From Anthoceros angustus (taxonomy: Eukaryota; Plantae; Anthocerotophyta), in the NCBI GenBank assembly GCA_010909165.1, contig MU008184.1:186001-250000 (forward strand): a stretch of DNA of 64,000 nt, given 5' to 3'. Numbering within the stretch: the first letter of the stretch is position 1; every line of letters begins with the position of its first letter. The notes beneath the pieces were generated by a model. The model did not search any database, was not told where the DNA came from, and saw nothing but the letters and a program-made list of their open reading frames with translations. Below are positions 22,501 through 33,699 of the stretch, one piece after another. Both the position numbers and the translations under genes were made by a program.

Positions 22501-24100
22501 AGAGGGCGCGCATGCCTCCCTATTGTCCCCGCAATCGACTTTCGCAACCTCACTTATGTTTTTATTTTGCAGCAAGTTAAAGATGTTGAAGACCAAAAGC
22601 TACCAAGATTGTGCTTTTATATTAGAGGTCCACACATGGAAAGGGCTGGAGGATGAGCAGAGGGCACTTGCGGACATGGACATGGAGGAAGGGCTGCAAT
22701 CTTTATCGTGCCCAAAACAGAGGAGTTAGTGAAGTATCAAGTGGTGCAGAGATGTGGCGTAAATGAGAGGGTTTCTTTGAGTCAAGTATACAACTGGTGA
22801 TGGATGTCCCTGGGGATTCAACAAGGGAAGTATGATGTCAAACTTGAGCAAATGGCAAACATATTTCATTCCTTCCATGACATGACAATGTGCGACGAGA
22901 TCGTAATGATAGTAATGCATGGTGTGGAAGAGCCGCATATTGTCGTGAGAGTATGAGGAAGTGGTGTGCGGTGGAGGCATGGTCTCATTTGTTTGGGACA
23001 AAACTAATATGCACAATGACCAAGGAGGCTTTGACACCGTGGAGTACATCAACGTGGGGTGGGGTGTGACCGCACGAGCAAGAAGACAAAGGTGTCCATG
23101 TCAATACCTTGCGTGGCTCTTTCAATAATGGGCGGTTATTGCACACGTGGTGAAGAAGTTATTATACATGTCGGACAAGCTGGTTGTTTCCGCATCGAGG
23201 CCACGGGTCTAATGATGAAGTTGATCAAGAACTTCCAGAAGGAGATTGGATATTAGATGCATGTGCGTGAGTGGAACAACGACATTAGCGGCACTCCTTT
23301 GTGGCCGAAATTGCATTGCCGTGGAGGTTGACAAACGTGCAGTAGTTCATTCCGCAAAGGATTCATGGCTATGAAGTTTTACCGGACGCAGAGGAGGAGT
23401 TGACCCATGAGCCACACCGCCGAGGCCCCACCCACCTGGGCAAAAGAATTGAGCTTGTCCGAGAAGGATGCATCCCAGCCCGTAGTCCCACTTGGGTTGA
23501 GCAGATGAAAGAGAAGACGGAGATCTTATAGATGATCGCCAAGAAACCTCGTCGCATTGTGGCATCCCGACTATTTGGAGAAGAGCAAGGAGGATGCGGT
23601 CGATATCGCGGAAATGCTATGGTCGAAACGACAATTTCGAGGATCCCGAGGATGCTCGACCGAAGGACGGAAGTTGTGTTAGATAGCGTGTCGGGACAAT
23701 GCCTCCCGAGCCAGCCCTGCCGAGAATCTCGAGGGAAGTGAGTCTAGTTTAGTTTTGAAAGTTCCATAACCTCGAATGGTTAGAAGATGCGCCGCATGCC
23801 GCCGCTGTTTCCTTCTTTAACTATGAGTGACATTGTTATTCGCTTTGTCAAGGATGACTTCATTGACGGCTGCAAAATATCCGTAGACCTCGCTTCACAC
23901 CTATAAGACATATCTGCACCGCACGAGAGGTCCGAATGCACCAACATACCCACATTCGTGTGAAAGCATCCACAAACGGGATGCGCAAACCAAGCACTAA
24001 ACATGCAGACTACCGGACTGGATGGGGAACCCGAATTTGGTCCCGGGTTTTCGAAAGCGGGTTCGTATATTCCGCCGGTTCAAATATTATGATGTTGTAT

Positions 24101-25500
24101 GGCGGTGCACCGCTGGCAATTGGAGGAACAACTGCTCCCTTACGTCTTCGCCTCCTAGGCTTCTCAGTAGCGTCGATGTCAAGATTCCATCTCTATTTCT
24201 GGCCCAGCCACACTTCCTTCTTTCCTTTATTGTTTCGCCCTCTTTTTTTAATAGTCATCTTCAGCGTCGGATTCCGGAGAGCGTTTTTCTTCTGCTACCG
24301 CAGCTAGCATGGGGAACGCCCTGATGGTTGCCTTTGTTGGCATGCAAGCTTCGGTGAAGACTCCTCGGACGACAATCTCCTCTTCCGGCAACGGGCGACG
24401 AGGTTTCCTGGCTCGGCCTCCTATAGGTTTGAGCGCCAGATCTCGACCACGACCTCGTGGTGCACCTCCTCGACCCACGCCGCCGACGAGTTCTTAGGAC
24501 ATCTCCACTCTATGTGGCCATGCTCCCCGCAGCTTACACATGGTGTGTTCATGCAGTAACCTGTAGTGTACAGTGTTCTGGAGATCCACAATTCTTGCAT
24601 GGTTCGCGGGGCTTCATTGTTGTTGGCTCATGTGTCTTCCCGACCGCCATCCTCATGATCATGGCCTCCAACTCGTTCACTCTTTTAGACATCATAGCCA
24701 GGGGTCCTCCTTCGGTTTCCTCATCTCGTGCGGTTTTTCTGTTTCGAGATGGCGCTCGAATGGGGCTCTCGGATGACGAAAGATCTGAGTCTGGCAAATG
24801 GCTCCTGCTACGACGGCGTTCTCGGTGGCGAGGCTTACCTGGCCTGGTACGTGAGGAAACTTTGCTTTTTTTCATGGCTAGCTCAATGACATCATCCAAG
24901 GTCCTCTCTTCGTCTTCCATCCGGCGGGTGTAGAACTCATTTCTTAAGCCATGTATGAAATTCCGCTTCACCTTCTTGAGTTTTCCCCCCTCCTTTGTGT
25001 AGCCCAGTTTCTTCACCAGTGTCCTTGTCCGCTCCACATACGTTGCGATGGATTCACGACTTCCCTGATATAGGTAGTCAAGCTGATCTTTACAGTCCTT
25101 GTGGAAAGACTCACTTCGGAACTTGGTTAAGAAGGCAACACACAGGGCACTCCAGTCAACACAAAGCTCATCCTCCAGTGTCTCATACCATGCTTCGGAC
25201 TCCCCTTTGCAAAGATGCAGGGAAATACTTCAAGTACTTTTTTTCTGTTCCCATCAAGCGAGCTTTTAAAACCTTCTTGAACAACCACAGATGTTCGTCA
25301 GGATCCTCATTTGGGGACCCATAGTACTGTGGTAGGATATTGGGGTCAAGACCGAGCTTCATAGATAGGTTAGATCCCGAATACCCCATGTCCACAAGCA
25401 ACTTTCTGTCGAACAGGCTGGTTTCTAACAACTCACACTTCCGGCAGACTCTTTAACTATCCTTCCAAGAAGGAGGAATTGGTATGATAGAGGGAGTTGG
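24101..25500 (-). pseudogene. Gag of the Tat-like gypsy element (capsid-like region and zinc knuckles), frameshifted
   Basis: YYGSPNEDPDEHLWLF; NFIHGLRNE; CKNCGSPEHC; continues across the transposon insertion into 9310-9582. Confidence 0.8.
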
Positions 25501-25742
25501 GGAAAACCAAAAGGAAGATGGGTATCTACTGGCAGCAAAGCAATCATTTCTTCTATGGTCAGTATTCTACTACCTCCTGCTCTATTCCTATTTGTCAGTT
25601 TTGAAGCATTCCTCATACCAGGACTAAGTAATGCTGGAAATGCTGGCTCAGACGTGTATGATACCCAAGGGATGTGGTAGTCATGGTGTATGCACAATGC
25701 AAAATCCACAGTCCTTCACACACTGCTTGCTATCAGGGACAT

Positions 25743-25760
25743 GTCCCGCCGGGGGTGCCA
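25743..25760 (-). promoter_or_regulatory. Primer binding site, probably tRNA-Arg type; the adjacent 5' LTR edge is at 25763
   Basis: The minus strand reads ...TAACA TT TGGCACCCCCGGCGGGAC upstream of gag. Confidence 0.7.
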
Positions 25761-26828
25761 AATGTTAAATGCTCCGTCTCCTTGAGGTAGCAGCCTACCT
25801 CAAGAGAGAGATCCCTACCCTTCTACTTGTAGCCAGTCTCACACATTCTGAGATGCTCCTATGGACTTACCTACTGAACGACAGATTGGTGAGGAATGAC
25901 CTCTTCCGGTTGTCGGGACAGAACTGGATATGTTAGTCTGATTATGAGGACATTGCAACCTGCCGCTACTGTGTCACCGTGTGGCCAAGGGGGAAGAGCG
26001 TCAACAACTTGATGTGGCCTAGTCTCTGCGCTCACCGAGCCCTGCACCATACATACGTACACAGAATGATGGAGTTGCGAGCACGACCGACTGTCAGCAA
26101 TCAAGCCCTTCGGCAAATCACAAAGTATATGACTCAGACGTACAGTGAACTACCAAGCTAGAATGCTGATAGGGTCAAGGCACAGGAGCTTAGAAGCTCC
26201 GTAGTGAGCAAGGAGACTCCGTCCCATCCATTGCTGAATGCCCCTTTCAGATTACAATGGCCGCTATTTGTCGCGGGAGTCCTTTTCTAAAGTTGGCTCT
26301 ACTTTAAACTCATGATGCCTACTGGAATCCTATGCACCGATGGCACCAAGAGGCGTTGTTGCAGAGATCCCTTGCTATCAGAATAGAAAGCTTCATTCAT
26401 ACCACACAAAACATCCCCTTTGTTGTTTCGTTCTTTATCCTTGCACATGACCAAACCTAAGAGATGGACATGGATGGCTAGCATTGATCTAATGAATCTT
26501 CTTCTTCTTCTAATGAATCGAGTGAATGTCACTTTCAGCAGTAGACAAATTATACGCCGATTCAATGAATAGAACCTTAACCAAGGACACTTAACGCATC
26601 CCCTTGGGTACCCAATGACTGCACCAGTGCACTCGAGGGACCTCGCGGTGTGAAAAAACGGAGCCGCTACGGGGCGGGGACCTCCGGGCACGCGATCCGT
26701 TTGGCACCTGGTCCTTAAACCTTAAACCCTCTCTCTCGCAGGGTGGTGTGGTAATGCACGGTAGATTTACATGAGAATCCTCATAGAGTCTCTCGTTAGA
26801 CTCATCATCCGACAGCGGTCCCTGATCG

Positions 26829-29800
26829 ATGGGCACAGTATGGCAACCAGACCTGCTTTGGACCCAACAAATTGGTGTGTGTACAGGGATTCTACAAGGA
26901 GCTCCCGCTCACCACATCTCAGGGAGTCAACCCCTGGCAACCAAAGCCTCCTGGTGCAGCAGTGTAAGGAGCCCACCGCTTCCACTTCCGAAGAAATGTG
27001 TTGGTGGGGACGGGGTTTCCAACGATGGTCGTCGCCAGGAGCAGGAGCACTTGTGGCAACAATTTTTCCTGGACCCTGCCATGTGGTGGGACAACAGACG
27101 AGATAAGAAGAGCTCCCGTTCACCTGACTTGCGTAAGCGATCCGGCGAGGTCTTGTGGTTAAACAACGTGTTAAGCCAGCTTGGGTTGATGAGCAGCTCT
27201 TCCTTGGATATGCAGATGGGTCATGGTGCCTCTCCTTCCAAGTCGAGCTCTCCGGATAAGCCTGAACCTGGGAGTGCAGGATCGGAATGGGCGTCGTAAC
27301 GGCTGGAACCGTGAGCATGTTATGTCAGCAGGGAAGCTTTCTGAGGCCGTTGGAGCCCTGGAATCTCTGGCGCAGACAGACTCTGCCATTTCTCAGTCTC
27401 TGTTTTACACTGTGCTAAACTGTGTACAGCTAAGAAGGATTTGGTTGTGGGGCGACGAGTTCATGATCTCACTGTCAAACTTGGGTACGAGTCGAATGCA
27501 TACTTGGGGAACCATATCTTGCGCATGTATGCATGTGGAGGTAGGCTAGAGGAGGCCATGGATGTGTTCACCAGGGTGGGCAAACCAGATGCCTTCATGT
27601 GGTCTTCCATAATCTCCGCATACACGAAGCATGGGAAACCTAATGAGGCCGTACAACTGTACCATGAGATGCGTAGGTCAGGAGTGAAGGTGGATGCTCA
27701 CGTCTTTGTAGCTGCCCTTAAAGCTTGTGCATTGGCTGCCGACTTGGAATCTGGCAGAAAAGTGCACTGTGATGTGTTGCACAGTGGCATTCCTCCTGAC
27801 TTGTTTCTTGGCACCTGCCTGGTGGACATGTATGCAAAATGTGGTGAACTGAAAGATGCACGCCAGGTTTTTGACAGCATGGCCACGAAGGACGTGGTGA
27901 TGTGGAATGCCCTGATATCTGGGTATGCACAGCAAGGACTTGGCCAGGAGGCTCTTGTTTTGTACGGACAAATGGAGGAGGAGGGCCTCATTTTGGCTGA
28001 CTGTGTTACTTTTGCTTGCCTTCTAAAGGCCTGTGCAAGCACTGGTGCCTTACAGAAGGGCAGGCAGCTGCACTCACAGATTGTGGAAAGAGGACTGCTG
28101 GATAACGTAGTGGTGGGCAACTGCCTGGTGGACATGTATGCAAAATGTGGTGAACTGGAAGATGCACGCCAGGTTTTTGACAGCTTGGCCACAAAGGATG
28201 TGGTGACATGGAATGCCCTGATTGCTGGGTATGCACAGCAAGGACTTGGCCAAGAGGCGCTTGTTGTGTATGGACAAATGGAGCAAGAGGCCTGATTTTG
28301 GCTGACCATGTTACTTTTGCTTGCCTTCTGAAGGCCTGTGCAAGTGCCTTACAGAAGGGCAGGCAGCTGCACTCACAGATTGTCGAAAGAGGACTGCTGG
28401 ATAACGTGTTGGGCACCTGCCTGGTGGACATGTATGCAAAATGTGGTGAACTGGAAGATGCACGCCAGGTTTTTGACAGCTTGGCCACAAAGGATGTGGT
28501 GACATGGAATGCCCTGATTGCTGGGTATGCACAGCAAGGACTTGGACATGAGGCGCTTGTTGTGTATGGACAAATGGAGCAGGAGGCCTGATTTTGGCTA
28601 ACCATGTTACTTTTGCTTGCCTTCTAAAGGCCTGTGCAAGCACTGGTGCCTTACAGAAGGGCAGGCAGCTGCACTCACAGATTGTCGAAAGAGGACTGCT
28701 GGATAACGTAGTGTTGGGCACCTGCCTGGTGGACATGTATGCAAAATGTGGTGAACTGGAAGATGCACGCCAGATTTTTGACAGCATGGCCACAAAGGAT
28801 GTGGTGACATGGAATGCCCTGATATCTGGGTATGCACAAGGACTCGGCCAGAGGCGCTTGTTGTGTATGGACAAATGGAGCAGGACGGCCTGATTTTGGC
28901 TGACCATTTTACTTTTGCTTGCCTTCTCAAGGCCTGTGGGAGCACTGGTGCCTTACAGATGGGCAGGGAGCTGCACTCACAGATTGTCGAAAGAGGACTC
29001 CTGGATGACACACTGGTGGCCACCTGCGTGGTGGACATGTATGCAAAATGTGGTGAACTGAAAGTTGCGCGCCAGGTTTTTGACAGCATGAACACGAAGG
29101 ATGTGGTGACATGGAATGCCCTTATATCTGGGTATGGCACTTGTGACGATGCCCGCAGAGCACTAGCTTGTTTTGAAGAGATGTTAGCTGCCGGTGTTCA
29201 GCCTGATGATGCAACTTTTACTTGCCTTTTAGTAGCATGCAGTCATGAGGGACTGGTCCACGAGGGGCGCAAGCACTTTGATTCCATGGCTGAACAGCAT
29301 GGCATCAAACCCACTATTGAGCATTACAACTGCATGATTGATCTTCTTGGGCGTGCAGGCCATCTAGATGAGGCAGAGAAGATGCTATTATCATTTGAGG
29401 GCCAAAGTAATGTTGTTGGCTTGACGTCTTTGTTGAATGCCTGCAGAAGTCACGGGGATATGGAGAAGGCAATGTGGTGTTTTGAAAGCATTGTTAGGCT
29501 GGACCCTCAAACAGCGTCTGCGTATGTGCTCATGGCTAATGCCTACGCAGATGCAGGTATGTGGAGCGATGTAGACAGGATTGAAACACAGAGAATGGTA
29601 GCAGGAGCTAACAAGAAACCTGCAGTGGCGACCATTGAGGTGAAGAAGCAGGTACATAGATTTCTGGTGGGTGACAGAAGAGAGGATGTTGCGCTAAAGG
29701 TAGAGAGCACGAATGCACGTCTGAAGCAGGAAGGAGGCCACGTACCTCACACAAAGTTGGTGTTGAAGCCACTGTGAGAAGGAAAAGGAAGATGCGCTTT

Positions 29801-30015
29801 GTGGGCATGCTGAGAAGCTAGCTCTGGCGTTTGGTCTCTTGAACACTCCAAGTGGGACACCTCTGGTGGTAACGAAGAATCTACGCATGTGCAGTGACTG
29901 CCACAGTTCCTCGGAGATCATGTCAAGGCTTGAAAAGAGGGACATTGTTGTAAGGGATGGGTACCGTGTGCATCGATTTACAAATGGTTGTTGCAGTTGT
30001 AAGGGTCGACCCTGA
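26829..30015 (+). pseudogene. PLS-class PPR-E-DYW:KP (GRP-type) protein with an N-terminal PDF motif; frameshifted copy (pseudogene or sequencing errors)
   Basis: WWDNRRDKKSSRSPDL; five DMYAKCGEL triplets; KKPAVATIEV; HAEKLALAFG; CSDCH; C-terminal CKGRP-stop at 30013-30015. Confidence 0.85.
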
Positions 30016-30304
30016 TGAGAACAATGAAGGACCAGCCGGTGCTTCAGCCCGTGCCCGTGCCCCCTATGGCGTTTTTTCTTTGGGGATGAATGAGCTTGCT
30101 GACCGAACTCTATCCCTGATCGACCTTGGGACATGGACATGGACGGCAAGCACTGATCCACCTGAAATCGTTATAGAGATGATGAATCGAAGGAATCGCT
30201 CTTTCTGGCATGAGCAAATTTTAGACTGATCCAATCACCACAGTGTTAACCAAGGATTCTTAACGCATCCAATTGGGTACCTAATGAAAATCCGTCTGCA
30301 CTAT

Positions 30305-30575
30305 CCTTCGGGGGGAAGAAAAGTAGCATGATTAGCCCAAATCAGGTGCTCCGGCTCCATTTGTGCGTACACACCAAGAGCATGATGTCCGAGCCTTTGC
30401 TGGGCGTACCCATTAATGCTGGCAAAAACCTTGCGTGCAGCTTTCACCACATTTTGCATACATGTCCACCAGGCAGGTGCCAACAAACAAGTTAGTAGGG
30501 CTGCCACTCTGCACCACATCACAGTGCACCTTTCTGCCAGATTCCAAGTCGGCGGCCAATGCACAAGCTTGAAGG
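30305..30575 (-). pseudogene. Inverted PPR fragment derived from the neighbouring gene family
   Basis: The reverse complement matches ACALAADLESGRKVHCDV...GTCLVDMYAKCGE and GYAQQ...HALGVYAQME. Confidence 0.75.
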
Positions 30576-31779
30576 GCAATGGGCCCGCCATTCGGTTTGC
30601 ATCTGTGCTGAGATTTACGATGACAGAGATATGTCGGAGGATCACGAGCTGGTGGTGGATCGGTCTAGTTTCTTAGGGGTGATTCGGGATCGTGGTCCCC
30701 GAGAAAGGGGCGGGTTGTACTTCTCAGGACCTCTCACCTCGGAAACCACAAGGAAGAGCAAGAATGTGCACTCGGGACCGCCCAGCGCAGGTTCTGATCA
30801 GTTTTTCGACAGGGTGTCCAAGGGGAAGATGAGTCGATCCGCATCTCTCAGGATGAGGGAAACGGAGAACCCCGACAGCGGTGATAGCCTGGACCAGGTG
30901 ATGCACAAGCATGAGTACTAGATTCAAGATCATGAGTAGCTGTATGAGTGCCTGGATCAGTACTCCGATCAAAACACGCTCTTGGATCAGCTGCAGGAGC
31001 TGGCTCTGCAGCCGAACCTTCATGACATTCTCAGTGATCAGCTGGGGAAGGGCCAGGCAGCAGCAGCTCGTGCTGCTGCTTTTGCATCCGGTCCAAGTGA
31101 AGTGTCTTTCGATTCTAAGAGAGGTCATGAATTGAACATGGACTCCCAAGAGGAAGAGGCAGCCAGACAGCCAGAGCGGGGATTGGAGGTGGATGCGGGT
31201 GATCAGAGGCGGACATTCGACTCAGATGTTGTATGTAATATTGATGTGATAGGGAGCTTCCCACCAGGTAGTGGCTTCAATATTTTAGCTTTCTTAGCCT
31301 TGCCCTTTTTTGCTTTTTCAGCGCGCGAACCATGAGGTGCATCGCGCACGTAAGAAATACCATTCTAGTAACGGTACTGGTGAAATAAAATAGAAAGAAG
31401 AGATAAAAAATTAATGAGTAGCTGCCTTATTGAGAAGATGCATGTAAGGGCTCAAAGAGGGCAGCCCATGGTTTGGGCAAAAAGCTGTGAGAAGGACTCA
31501 AGTCGCTGACGAAAGGACTGAGACACAATCCAGATAAGTCGATGGTGGATTTCAGGGGAAGTGCTGTGGATTATTCCCTGTTGTTTTATTCAGGCCATTC
31601 CATTCTTGAGTTGGCCATCTTGGCGGAGCTAGAACCAGCATACTTGTGGCATGATGCACGGAGCGGACTATGAGCTGGAGCAAGCCTACGAGATGGCCGA
31701 GAGGGTCATGAAAGGTAATGCTGTGACCAGCGTGTATTGGGAGGAGCACAACATTATCAAGGGACATCAAAATGCCTCA

Positions 31780-32605
31780 AATTCGCAAAGACCTCACAAT
31801 CGCTCCTTAGTGCCTGCAGAAGTAGTGATGCGCATGTCGCTTGGTTTCAACTTTTCACCATACAGCTGCAACGCCTCCTGCACTCGAGCCCCAAGCAACA
31901 CTCGATCAGCATGCATATCCACCAACACACATTCCGGAGCAAAACCATTGATCGTGACTTCTCGTCCTTGGTTCTTCACCAACGCGATTCCACCCTTGTC
32001 TCTTGCTTTTGGCTTCAAGTGATCGCTGCGTAGACCGGCAAGCCCAGGCACCACCTCCAACTCTACGGATTCCTTCTTGATCCAACCTTGCATCACTTGC
32101 TTGAACGGCTGTGCCTTGACTCTCAGGTCACGCAAGCTCACCACGGGCATGTCTATCGCTTTCTCAAGCAAATTTTTTGGTATAGGTACCCTTGTGCTCT
32201 CGAATTGCCTTCTGCCGGTAGCGACCCGAATTGGCCACCAAGGAGCCGGGCCGCAAAGGTCTGCCAGTGAGAGTGCCTTGTTGACAGGCCTCAACTTGTC
32301 TGAAAGACTTGGGCATCTTGAGCTAGTTTTTCTCCTCAACCTGCTTCTCCTTGACACCTTCTCCCAAATCAATGCTTATCTTCTTCACAAGAGCTTGCCT
32401 TCCAGCCATCAACGCATATACATCTTCACCCGAGTCATACTCCTCTACAAGAGCACTTGGGCTTCCTGTTACACTCACGCTTATTGCCAGCTGTTCTTGC
32501 AGCCTATGCACCTCACTGAGCAATGCTTTCTGAGTGTAGCTCACAGCCGACTTCAGCTTGTCAAACGACCGCTCACCAGCCCCGTTGGGCTTGAACTCAG
32601 GATCT
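31780..32605 (-). pseudogene. Gag C-terminus and aspartic protease segment, inverted relative to the rest of the element
   Basis: Minus-strand APECVLVDMHADRVLLG...MRITTSAG (degenerate DTGA); the plus strand resumes with post-protease YRPRWQ at ~32605. Confidence 0.6.
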
Positions 32606-32989
32606 ACAGGCCAAGGTGGCAGGAAGAGGACTTCACACATGTGGCTAGAATTCCATTGGACATGAAGAGACACGGTGAGAAATCAAGGAGCATGCTAGAG
32701 TTGACAGCATGTGTGGCGGAAAGTGTGGATAGATGGGAGGTGTGGGAAGAAACCCAGAACATGGCACATAAAGAAGTGCGAGATGAGCTCAGAAGAGCAA
32801 CTAGCATGTATGTAGAGAAGACTCAGGGTCTTGTGCAAGCTTTGGCAAGGGAACATGCTCGACCGGAGAAACCCAAGACATGGCGGATGTCTATCACGTG
32901 TCCAGAGAGCAGTTTGCCCAAGGCGGCAGCCTTAAATGATGCCGACTTGCGGGTCAACAATGATGTGATTCGGTGGCAAGCAGATAGCC

Positions 32990-33470
32990 GAGGAATTCAT
33001 CTCATGGAGTTGTGTTCCGGGATCAGCAGCGGGTTAGAAGCCGTGTTGCAATGTGGAATCCGAGTAAGGAAATATACGTATGTGGAAATAAATGAGAAAA
33101 CTCGTGCTATATAATGGCCAGGTCCAGAATCCTTAGACGAAATCTTAGAGGATGGGAGGCGATCATAACAAGTGCGCAAGATGGATCGGTTGCCGCACTT
33201 CCCAGTTAATGTGGTTTGTGAACCAAGATGGGCATGGCCTACACCAGTCAGTACCGCACAATCATATGCTTTTCGTCGAGGAGGTGATGGGTTGGTGCTG
33301 AATCTGAATGGAGAAGAAGTGGGGGAGCCCACAATATCGGAACGTGAACAAGCCATGGGGTTTGGTACAGGCAGCACTTTTACACGCGGTGTTTCTGAAG
33401 CATATAGATGCAAGCTTGTTGGACAGGCTTTTGACTTGACATGCTTGCAATGGCTGGTGAACGTTGGGTT
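32990..33470 (+). pseudogene. C5-cytosine DNA methyltransferase remnant inside the retrotransposon pol; catalytic core missing
   Basis: Motif I/II-like IHLMELCSGISSGLEAVLQCGIRVRKYTYVEI; motif IX/X-like EPTISEREQAMGF...SEAYRCKLVGQAFDL in the same frame. Confidence 0.7.
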
Positions 33471-33699
33471 GGCCACACAGTTGGCCACATGTCATGCAGA
33501 AGGCAGGAAACATCTGCAGATGCTTGATGAAGGAAGTGATTTCCCAGCTGAACTGAACAAGGGGAATCATGCTGCAAAAAGTGCAAGGACGGTTCCGCGG
33601 CAGCAAGATGGGAAAGATGTAAAGCCTGCGCATGCCAGGCAGAGCCAGGACTTGGGTGAGCAAGATCAGCAAAAGATCTAGGACGTGCTGAAGAGAAAT

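Larger units (their letters stand above)
19360..23345 (+). pseudogene. Transposon cargo gene: unknown N-terminus, ParB/Sulfiredoxin-like domain and beta-class amino (N4C/N6A) DNA methyltransferase; frameshifted and multi-exon
   Basis: ParB-like IRIVDEAW...VPLLCMIDP...VL(x)GNHTYA (GNH at 21161-21169)...WMEAHVYCGL...HDHN. Motif IV-like DVP(W)GFN at ~22803. LMMKLIKNF-PEGDWILDACA(x)SGTTTLAALLCGRNCIAVEVDK at ~23209-23335. Several single-base corrections are needed. Confidence 0.72.
9583..24096. mobile_element. Large Sola-like cut-and-paste DNA transposon with 32-bp TIRs and a 4-bp TSD (GTAT), encoding a transposase and a ParB-like/N4C-N6A methyltransferase gene
   Basis: Left TIR AACACCATAATATTTGAACCGGCGGAATATAC (9583-9614) matches the reverse complement of 24065-24096 at 31/32 positions. 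GTAT lies at 9579-9582 and 24097-24100. Removing the element restores gag in frame: ASGAPPYSLVEDLADREVKMTFRQLFGILP. Confidence 0.88.
5900..26300 (-). mobile_element. Degenerate Ty3/gypsy retrotransposon with an extra archaeal-type RNase H (Tat-like), interrupted by a DNA transposon; outer boundaries approximate
   Basis: PBS 25743-25760; gag 24101-25500 continuing at 9310-9582; protease, RT-RH and aRH at 6834-9350. No integrase or 3' LTR recognised. Confidence 0.8.

Noticed and set aside
9580-24099. TA target duplication, i.e. a Tc1/mariner assignment
   Set aside because: The 4-bp GTAT reading gives a better TIR match (31/32 vs 31/33) and the transposase motifs are not mariner-like.
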